45,803 nt of DNA from Candidatus Moraniibacteriota bacterium (GTDB lineage Bacteria; Patescibacteriota; Minisyncoccia; Moranbacterales; UBA1568). The stretch spans positions 1-45,803 of the forward strand of contig JBAQCV010000021.1 of NCBI GenBank assembly GCA_049294475.1, written 5' to 3'. The position numbers were made by a program, and so were the translations under genes. Shown one piece after another: positions 8,528 to 15,391 of this stretch. Under the pieces are notes generated by a model. It worked only from the letters and a program-made list of their open reading frames with translations, was not told the DNA's origin and did no database searches. The stretch's first letter is position 1. Every line of letters begins with the position of its first letter.

Positions 8528-8634
8528 GGCTTGGATAAGAGATACTGTTCCTTACCCGCCCGGGTGATTTCCGCCTCAACTATCTCTATTGAAGTATGAT
8601 TTTGAAAAAGTCAGCATGGACCTAAATATTTCCT

Positions 8635-9699
8635 TTAAACTTTGACGTAGCGCGTCGCACGGCCGCGACCAACTCTTTTAATTTCGCCCAGTTCGACGAG
8701 ACGATCCAATGCTTGGCGGACTGTTCCCAGTGCCATATCGGTCGCTTTCACAATCTCGCCAGGAGCCGCTTCTTTGACGCTAGAGAGATACTTCCAAACC
8801 TCATGTTGTTTGGGCGAAAGCGTATCTTCAATTTTCTCTGCCTGCAGATACGAGAGTGCTTTTGTAGCTTGCTCCTGCACAACGGAAAGGAAGAAATTGA
8901 GCCACGGTGAAATGGTGTCGTGATCGGTTTTGAATGTCTCCTGCGATTTGCGGAGCGCGATGTAATATTCGTCCTTGCGGCGCTCGATGATCTGCTCATG
9001 CGAGACATACTGGACGAAAGTGTAGCCGGAACGGAGCAGAAGCAGATTTGAGATGACGCGTGAAAGACGTCCATTTCCATCTTCAAATGGGTGAATTTTC
9101 AGAAACTCAACAATAAAATTGGCGATGATAAGAAGCTGGTGGAAACGATGCTTCTCAAGGGCGTCGGCAGTCCAGTCAACGAGTTCCTGCATTTCTTTGC
9201 CGGTGAGATACGCTGGCGTGGTCTCGAACATTATTTTTACAACCTTGCCGTCCGGCCCTACTACGCCGACTGTGTTTTCTTTCTTTTTGTAGCCTCCGCG
9301 GTGCGTGTCGTCCTTATTCGAATATTTAAGAAGCTGATTATGCAGGGAGGTAATCACACTCTCCCGAAGCGGCAGAGTCTGAAAGCTGTCGAACACATTT
9401 TGAAGCGTTTCGAGATAGCCCTGCACTTCCTGTGAATCACGATCTGCAAATTTAGAGGCCGCTAGACCGTGCATAACTTTCTCCACTTCCTCGTCATTGA
9501 GCTTTGCCCCCTCGATACGAGTAGATGCTCCAGCAGAAGTGATCAGTGTCGATCTCTTGAGGTTGGTAATTGCCCGAGGTGTCATTCTCAAGCCCCCCTT
9601 AAATTCACCACGAATCCCGTCAATTTCAGCCAAAAGAGCCACGATATGCGGATCGGGATTTTTTATGCGATGATCAAATTTTCTGGTGATATCGTCCAT
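8635..9699 (-). CDS. Fic family protein (class II, N-terminal inhibitory motif) with C-terminal winged-helix domain
   Basis: 354-aa ORF with the Fic core HPFEDGNGRLSRV, an inhibitory-helix motif STRIEG (S/TxxxEG/N), and a C-terminal wHTH-like segment (LGTVRQALDRLVELGEIKRVGRGRATRY). Confidence 0.9.
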   Translation of the reverse strand: MDDITRKFDHRIKNPDPHIVALLAEIDGIRGEFKGGLRMTPRAITNLKRSTLITSAGASTRIEGAKLNDEEVEKVMHGLAASKFADRDSQEVQGYLETLQNVFDSFQTLPLRESVITSLHNQLLKYSNKDDTHRGGYKKKENTVGVVGPDGKVVKIMFETTPAYLTGKEMQELVDWTADALEKHRFHQLLIIANFIVEFLKIHPFEDGNGRLSRVISNLLLLRSGYTFVQYVSHEQIIERRKDEYYIALRKSQETFKTDHDTISPWLNFFLSVVQEQATKALSYLQAEKIEDTLSPKQHEVWKYLSSVKEAAPGEIVKATDMALGTVRQALDRLVELGEIKRVGRGRATRYVKV

Positions 9700-9736
9700 A
9701 AATGCTGATTTTATGGCTTAATTTAACGCTATGCCA

Positions 9737-9766
9737 TATATAGCCGATTATAACGGATTATAGCGG
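9737..9766 (-). promoter_or_regulatory. three phased TATAAT-like decamers upstream of the Fic gene
   Basis: The minus strand reads CCGCTATAAT CCGTTATAAT CGGCTATATA, an exact 10-bp period, 38-67 nt upstream of the Fic ATG. Confidence 0.4.
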
Positions 9767-9816
9767 ATAGAGCAAGCCGTCAGGTGTTAAAAACTAACCC
9801 AGTTAAGAAAAGGGGG

Positions 9817-10440
9817 TCAAATCGTCTGGACAATCACTTCTCCATCTTTCAGCCCACGGAACGGCATACCGTTCTTTTTGTAAAACTCTACAACTTTTTC
9901 GATAGCTTCAGACTCGGGATGCTTCGATTGATAGTGTGGCGCAAAAGAGAAATCAACCAGGCCGACTCCATCCCAAATCACTTCCTGTTCATATCCTGCG
10001 GGAACGATCATCGGATCATCGACGAGTTCAACACCCTTCAGTGTGGGACCGATGACACTCACGCCGGCACTATACCCGGCATAGACAATGCTATCACCAG
10101 AAGCGAATTCCCGAAGGATCTCGTCCAAACCGCTCTGGTGCATCGCCCGCCTCAAGATGAATGAGTTTCCTCCACGGACCCAGATGAGGCCGCATTTCTT
10201 AAGCCTGTTCTTGAGCTCCTCCTTTTTTCCAAAATAGCGCCGAAGATCAACCTCTTCAGCGATCAGACCGATGGCAGACAATTCATCAAATTCCCGCTGC
10301 CGACCTTTCGCTAGTCGGTCCTGATCGGTGGAAAAATCGAGAGCATTAGAAATGACGGCCACCCTTTTGTTCTCGCCTAAGAGTTCCGACAACTGCTCCG
10401 GGCTATCACCAAGGCGATAGGAAGAAAGATAGAGTATCAT
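9817..10440 (-). CDS. peptidase S51 (dipeptidase E-like) / class I glutamine-amidotransferase-fold protein
   Basis: 207-aa ORF with VRGGNSFILRRAM and YAGYSAGVSV (Ser nucleophile context). Length and layout resemble PepE. Confidence 0.7.
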   Translation of the reverse strand: MILYLSSYRLGDSPEQLSELLGENKRVAVISNALDFSTDQDRLAKGRQREFDELSAIGLIAEEVDLRRYFGKKEELKNRLKKCGLIWVRGGNSFILRRAMHQSGLDEILREFASGDSIVYAGYSAGVSVIGPTLKGVELVDDPMIVPAGYEQEVIWDGVGLVDFSFAPHYQSKHPESEAIEKVVEFYKKNGMPFRGLKDGEVIVQTI

Positions 10441-10623
10441 AATAATATCTATAATATCAATTCTTTATTCAACGTTATCCATTTTTGCCATAATAGTCAA
10501 CAAAGCATGACTCCACAAGCTCGATACAGATTGTAAGCCATATAAAGTGTGGCGACCGCCCTCCGTGTCATTTCATAATTCGACGATGATCCACCGCTCT
10601 GTACAAAACTGTTTGTAAAACAT

Positions 10624-10660
10624 AAAAAAGAAGCCGGCATCGCTGTGACGGCTTCTGGAA
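10624..10660 (-). terminator. rho-independent terminator after trpE(G)
   Basis: GAAGCCG (10630-10636) pairs with CGGCTTC (10649-10655) around a 12-nt loop. A T-run follows on the minus strand. Confidence 0.75.
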
Positions 10661-10689
10661 AAATTACAAACATTGAATGGTCGTTGCCT

Positions 10690-12831
10690 TCAGGAGAGCA
10701 TCTTCATCACGTTCGCGATGAGATGCAGCCCCAGATCATCCTTGAGGGTCAGGAGCGATTCCGGATGGAACTGCACACCGGCGATCGGATGCACCTTGTG
10801 CTGCACCGCCATGATAGTCCCATCCTCGGTACGCGCCAGAACTTCGAGACACTTCGGTAGGGTATCCTCCACGGCATAGAGCGAATGATACCGCCCCGCC
10901 ATGAACTCCATTGGCAGTCCGCACAGGATCCCCTGCTGTGTGGAGCGAACAAGTGATCCGACACCGTGAGCCGGATGCTCAAGCACTCCCAATATACCGC
11001 TGAACGCCTCCACTATCCCTTGCAGTCCGAGACAGACGCCGAACACCGGTATGCCGCGCTTCACACATTCCATTACCAGACTCGGCACTCCGAAATCAGC
11101 AGGCCTCCCAGGTCCCGGAGAAATGACCACCACGTCCGGTCGCGACTCATCGAGCAGCGAATAATTGAACCCGGCTCTCTGTGTCGTCACCGCGGCACCC
11201 GTCTGCCTCACGTAATCACCAAGCGTGTGTACGAACGAATCGCGGTTGTCGACGAGCAGGACTTTTTTTCCCGCGCCCGTCCGAATATCCGTTCCGATAC
11301 CCACAGCGACTGCCTTCGATCGACCCAGCACGGCGTCCATAAAAGCGCTGGCTTTGAGACGTGTTTCCGCTTCTTCTGATTCCGGATCAGAATGTGCGAG
11401 CAGAGTAGACCCTACCCGGACAGATGCCACTCCATCCTCGAGATGCACGGTGCGGATAGTGATTCCCGTCTTGATATCACCGTTGCAAAGAAGCATCCCG
11501 ACGCAACCGCCATACCAGCGCCGCGCGGAGTTCTCGAGGTTCTCGATCATCTGCATCGCCGCCGGTTTCGGTGCACCAGTCAGCGTCCCTGCCCACATAT
11601 GCGCGAGCAACGCATCGAATGCGTCATACGGCTGGCGCAATTCGCCGACCACATGATCCACGGTATGAAACAACCGGGAGTACGCCTCGATGAGACACCG
11701 CTCGATGATTTTCACCGTGCCTGCCTCGCATACTCGCGCCTTGTCGTTGCGATCGACATCTGTGCACATAGTCAGTTCAGCCCTGTCTTTCTCCGAATTG
11801 AGCAATGTGAGACGCTGTTCCTCGTCTTCGATAGCCGTCTTCCCACGCCTGATCGTACCGGATATCGGACACGTTTCCACGCGCGAACCTTCCACCTGAA
11901 CGAACATCTCCGGCGACGCGCCGACCAACTGCTCGCTGCCGAGGTTGATGAGAAACTCATACGGACTCGGATTCGTACGGCGGATCGTTTCGAAGAGCGC
12001 GCTCGGCATGCCGGAGAAACCGGCAGAGAGCACCTGACTTAACACTACTTCGAAAAACTCGCCGCGCCGCGCTCCTCTGATGATCTCTTCTACCTTTTTG
12101 ACGTACTCACCTGGTTTGTGGTCGCTCGTCTCCTGCGAATACGTACCGGGACGAAACGGTATTGCCTCACCGGTGCGCGGCAACCCGGCCGTATCATATT
12201 CTCCCGACCGGAAATCGTACCGGTAGCGATGGGCGCGTTCCTTGCGATGATCCACGACAACGAGTTCGTCCGGCAAGAACAGGTGCAGATCCGGACGATC
12301 TTCGGACCGCAGATGGCGCAATACTATCGGCTCGACCTGAAAGACCAAGTCGTAACCGAACGCGCCGTAGAAACCAAAATGCTGATCCTCTGCGTGGCCG
12401 AACTGCCAGACCAGCGTACGCAATACGCTGAAGATAGTCGGTTGATGCAGACGATCTTCTTCCGAGAACGACGCTGACATCGGCGCCACCTGGCCAGTCA
12501 GCGTATCTCCGGAACGGATAATGTCTCCGACGATGTGCGGGTGATTCTCCAGGACGGTGCGGAAGACAAGAAGCAGAATCCTGCCGCGTTCATTGAGCGC
12601 ACGGATCACAAATCGCCGTCCGTATCCCATGAACTCGATAGGCGGATCCACGAAACCGATGTCCCATCGGCTATAACGTCCCGGATATTCGTACCCGCTC
12701 GCGAAAATCGCACCGCAGTGAGTATCGATCGCACCGTGTACGCGCTGCAACGCTGATTCCAGCGGCACCTCCTCCACAGAACGGGTGATAGACACTCCGC
12801 CATTGGTGCGGTATTGAGTGATGATTGGCAT
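10690..12831 (-). CDS. trpE: fused anthranilate synthase TrpE(G) (chorismate-binding component I + glutamine amidotransferase)
   Basis: The N-terminal part matches my recollection of rhizobial TrpE(G): YEYPGRYSRWD, GAFGYDLVFQ, LFLPDELVVVDH, SPYEFLINLG, CPISGT. The C-terminal GATase has FGVCLGLQ and VQFHPES. ATG at 12831 has AGGAGA 6 nt upstream, so the track's earlier start is unlikely. Confidence 0.88.
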   Translation of the reverse strand: MPIITQYRTNGGVSITRSVEEVPLESALQRVHGAIDTHCGAIFASGYEYPGRYSRWDIGFVDPPIEFMGYGRRFVIRALNERGRILLLVFRTVLENHPHIVGDIIRSGDTLTGQVAPMSASFSEEDRLHQPTIFSVLRTLVWQFGHAEDQHFGFYGAFGYDLVFQVEPIVLRHLRSEDRPDLHLFLPDELVVVDHRKERAHRYRYDFRSGEYDTAGLPRTGEAIPFRPGTYSQETSDHKPGEYVKKVEEIIRGARRGEFFEVVLSQVLSAGFSGMPSALFETIRRTNPSPYEFLINLGSEQLVGASPEMFVQVEGSRVETCPISGTIRRGKTAIEDEEQRLTLLNSEKDRAELTMCTDVDRNDKARVCEAGTVKIIERCLIEAYSRLFHTVDHVVGELRQPYDAFDALLAHMWAGTLTGAPKPAAMQMIENLENSARRWYGGCVGMLLCNGDIKTGITIRTVHLEDGVASVRVGSTLLAHSDPESEEAETRLKASAFMDAVLGRSKAVAVGIGTDIRTGAGKKVLLVDNRDSFVHTLGDYVRQTGAAVTTQRAGFNYSLLDESRPDVVVISPGPGRPADFGVPSLVMECVKRGIPVFGVCLGLQGIVEAFSGILGVLEHPAHGVGSLVRSTQQGILCGLPMEFMAGRYHSLYAVEDTLPKCLEVLARTEDGTIMAVQHKVHPIAGVQFHPESLLTLKDDLGLHLIANVMKMLS

Positions 12832-12893
12832 AACACTTCTCCTGTGAAAAAGATAGATTGTCAAAGAACTGCTCTGTACGAAGAGTTACAAAC

Positions 12894-13205
12894 AAAAAAA
12901 CTCCCCGTCCTTCGTACAAGAAAAAATCCTGTACAAAGGGCGAAGAGTTTAAAAACGCTCGCGGTACCACCTTTGTTCTGAAAGCACGCGCCAAACATTG
13001 CAGACGGCGATGCTGTCAATCTCATCGAGCTCAGACATCCGCGGAATATTCCGCAGACCGACACTGATTATCCCATGATTACGGGGGAAGCCGGGTCTTC
13101 ACTTGCGCAAAGACCACCCTGCCATTCGAATGGCGACCGAGGCCCAACCCCTCGTCAAACGACAAGGGACCACAGTCTGGAGTTTTGATATATTGAGAGA
13201 ACTAT
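12894..13205 (-). promoter_or_regulatory. T-box riboswitch leader (with intrinsic terminator 12894-12947)
   Basis: The minus strand has GGUGGUACCGCG (plus 12960-12971). The antiterminator has helix ACAAAGG/CCUUUGU, a 7-nt bulge UGGUACC and helix GCGAG/UUCGC. The competing terminator pairs CUCUUCG.CCUUUGUACA with UGUACGAAGG.CGGGGAG and is followed by U7. Confidence 0.85.
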
Positions 13206-13209
13206 AAAC

Positions 13210-13239
13210 AAGATATCAGAACGCCAAGCGGATTGTCAA
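13210..13239 (-). promoter_or_regulatory. candidate promoter of the T-box/trpE(G) transcript
   Basis: On the minus strand, TTGACA (13239-13234) is followed by an 18-nt spacer and TATCTT (13215-13210). Confidence 0.45.
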
Positions 13240-13267
13240 TAGACGATAAGAAGTAAACAGGTGTTAC

Positions 13268-13305
13268 AAAAAAAATTAAAGGAGGCTGCCGAAGCAAATC
13301 CTCCC
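13268..13305 (-). terminator. rho-independent terminator after the chorismate mutase-like gene
   Basis: The minus strand reads GGAGGATTTGC-TTCG-GCAGCCTCC followed by TTTAATTTTTTTT. Confidence 0.75.
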
Positions 13306-13324
13306 TTGAGTGACCGAGTCCTGG

Positions 13325-13693
13325 TCAGCCTTTGACCAGTCTGCGAAACTTCGCTTGCAGTCTCCGATACCGCGAAGCATTCCTCTTCGCATGCATCAGC
13401 TGACCTTCATCTTTGCTCTGCAATTGAGCGACCTGCAGCCTGCACGACTCGGCGATGATCATATACCAGATCGCGCCAACAAAATCCGGATTCATGCCGT
13501 ATTCATGAGCCAGGGCGCAAACCCGAGTAATTCGCTGACGCTCCACCTTGGGCCTGATGATTTTCTGGCCGTTTTTCTTTTTGTGTGCACCGACTTGGCG
13601 CACCAATTCCATCCGGTACCCCAGCGCTTCCACCAACAGTTCATCCGCCCTGGTGAGACGGATACCCAACATTTTCAGGTTTCGGTCCCCCAT
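13325..13693 (-). CDS. AroQ-class chorismate mutase-like protein
   Basis: 122 aa from ATG 13693 (GAGGAG upstream; the predicted promoter excludes the longer track ORF). It has the helical AroQ pattern: LGIRLTRADELLVEALGYRMELVRQVGAHKK ... IIAESCRLQ. Confidence 0.7.
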   Translation of the reverse strand: MGDRNLKMLGIRLTRADELLVEALGYRMELVRQVGAHKKKNGQKIIRPKVERQRITRVCALAHEYGMNPDFVGAIWYMIIAESCRLQVAQLQSKDEGQLMHAKRNASRYRRLQAKFRRLVKG

Positions 13694-13727
13694 GGCTATC
13701 TCCTCTGTTGTTAAACAACGGAAAGAC

Positions 13728-13756
13728 ATACTAACAACAATGGCCTGTTCAGTCAA
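13728..13756 (-). promoter_or_regulatory. sigma70-like promoter of the chorismate mutase-like gene
   Basis: On the minus strand, TTGACT (13756-13751) is followed by a 17-nt spacer and TAGTAT (13733-13728). Confidence 0.5.
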
Positions 13757-13769
13757 ATAAAATGATATC

Positions 13770-13799
13770 AAAAAACATCAGACGTACCTGATGTTTTTT
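13770..13799 (-). terminator. bidirectional-looking rho-independent terminator
   Basis: AAAAAA-CATCAG-ACGTAC-CTGATG-TTTTTT. It lies directly downstream of the Cys-rich protein gene. Confidence 0.75.
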
Positions 13800-13824
13800 C
13801 CATCCAAACCATTCCTTCTGCTGA

Positions 13825-14379
13825 TCAGTTCTGAATAACGGCGGGTATGGCGGTAGTTGGCTGTGCCGGCGTCTCGCTTTCCTCTGGAGCCACGATATCG
13901 GTGCTGTCCGTGCTTTCGGCATCCGTCCCTTCTTCCATCGCGTCACCTTCTTCTACATCGCCTTCTGCACTCTCTTCCTCTATCGGATTCTCGAGCGTGT
14001 AGGCAACCGGGTCATTGCACACGACACTATCGGCTTCGGCAGTCGCCGGATCGCAGAGCGTGAACGAACACTCGGCCTCGCCCTCGGGACACGTGAGCGC
14101 GGCGCAGTTCTCGTCGTTCGGATCGCAAAGCGGGATGTTTTTGGCATTGCGGTAGATGAGCTTGTAGTACGACGTGTCTTCTACGGGATCACCGGTGCAT
14201 TCCTCGCCTGCTGTCGGATCGCAGACATAGGTGAAACACGCTTCCGTGTACGGATCGCACTGTGCTTCGGCCTGGATGATATAGTCGCGCGCCACGATGA
14301 ACCGGTAATACGACACCGCGACCGATCCCGCAATAAGCAGAAAAAATACTATGAAAAATATTTTCGATTTCTTGTCCAT
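13825..14379 (-). CDS. membrane-anchored, Cys-rich secreted protein with acidic tail (hypothetical)
   Basis: 184 aa from ATG 14379 (MDKKSKIFFIVFFLLIAGSVAV, a TM anchor). It has 10 Cys in CDP/C..C spacings and an acidic E/D/T-rich C-terminus. No family was recognised. Confidence 0.6.
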   Translation of the reverse strand: MDKKSKIFFIVFFLLIAGSVAVSYYRFIVARDYIIQAEAQCDPYTEACFTYVCDPTAGEECTGDPVEDTSYYKLIYRNAKNIPLCDPNDENCAALTCPEGEAECSFTLCDPATAEADSVVCNDPVAYTLENPIEEESAEGDVEEGDAMEEGTDAESTDSTDIVAPEESETPAQPTTAIPAVIQN

Positions 14380-14465
14380 AAAAAAATAATTCTTCAGCTC
14401 TCGCCCTACGCTGTCCTTTGCTACCAGCATACCATAAAACAGGGTTAAGAAAAAGAAGACATCCA

Positions 14466-14491
14466 TATCTCACATCCCCCATCTCACATCC
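14466..14491 (-). repeat. tandem 12-mer (ATCTCACATCCC x2, 14-bp period) in the 5' region of the Cys-rich protein gene
   Basis: Identical 12-mers sit at 14466-14477 and 14480-14491. Nearby, 8-bp inverted repeats ctatcgcc/ggcgatag flank a minus-strand TATAAT (14511-14516). Confidence 0.6.
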
Positions 14492-14577
14492 CACTATCGC
14501 CACATATAGTATTATAGTACTTTATACGGCGATAGTTCGTCATGAGAAAATGATGAGGAACAAGAGAAATCGGCAAA

Positions 14578-14616
14578 AGAAAACAGCCTGTGTCCAAACG
14601 TTCTGGAAACAGGCTG
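14578..14616 (-). terminator. rho-independent terminator after the beta-barrel-like gene
   Basis: CAGCCTGT (14584-14591) pairs with ACAGGCTG (14609-14616). On the minus strand it is followed by TTTTCTTTT. Confidence 0.7.
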
Positions 14617-14640
14617 CTCAATGTACTGCGTGGAGGTAGG

Positions 14641-15258
14641 TCAGAATGCGACCGCGATGCCCCCGACTCGCCGGTGATCGTCGTCGCCGAGTTGCTTCAC
14701 AATCGGCGCGACCCACAGGCTCATATTTTTATGGAAGGTCCAGCTGATACGCGGACCCCAGCCGATCGCCGCCTCGCCGAAGATGCCGGCGGCCCAGTTG
14801 TCGTTGAGCGACCACTGGACATACGTCTGATACCAGGTCGGGTCCGGGTCGCGATTGTACCGCGCCGCGGAAAGCTCTCCCTCGACGGCGTCGGACTTAT
14901 AATACACGAAGCCCGACACCACCTTGTGATTGCTCTCCTTGTCCTCGTCGGCAGTGGCATAATGCGCCACACCGACGCTCACACCGACCTGCAGCTCCGG
15001 CGTGATGTAATATGCCGGGCCGACGGTCACCTCGCCAAATCCTTTCGATTTGGAAGCGCTCAAGGACATCGCGATATCATCCGTCATCGCGTACTCAAAG
15101 TACGCTTTGAGACGCGGATCACCGCCACGGTACCCGACCAGCTCGATCGAGTTGCTCGGGGAGGATTCCTCCTCCGCCTTGTCGGCCGCCTGCGCCACCG
15201 TGAAAAAATTCAGGAACAGAAACGCTGCTCCCACAAAAACCGTCATACGGCTTTTCAT
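14641..15258 (-). CDS. secreted small beta-barrel outer-membrane-protein-like protein
   Basis: 205 aa from ATG 15258 (GAGGAG 7 nt upstream). The signal peptide is MKSRMTVFVGAAFLFLNFFTVAQA|AD. About 10 amphipathic alternating strands are rich in Y/W, and the C-terminus GGIAVAF ends in Phe like an OMP beta-signal. Confidence 0.6.
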   Translation of the reverse strand: MKSRMTVFVGAAFLFLNFFTVAQAADKAEEESSPSNSIELVGYRGGDPRLKAYFEYAMTDDIAMSLSASKSKGFGEVTVGPAYYITPELQVGVSVGVAHYATADEDKESNHKVVSGFVYYKSDAVEGELSAARYNRDPDPTWYQTYVQWSLNDNWAAGIFGEAAIGWGPRISWTFHKNMSLWVAPIVKQLGDDDHRRVGGIAVAF

Positions 15259-15391
15259 TGACTCTCTCCTCTGTAGTTGGTAAGGTATTCTCCCCTGAAA
15301 TTTCAGGAGAACTATCAATTATAGCACCTTTCTACGTAAAAATCAACCCTCACAGGCTGATTGTCGCTTAACAAAGGGATAATGAGCTGTT

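Noticed and set aside
14466-14491. Possible CRISPR array or other long tandem array (also checked the 9737-9766 decamers and the 43500-43525 repeats).
   Set aside because: There are only two or three very short units with no spacer-repeat architecture. No CRISPR-like array exists anywhere in the window.
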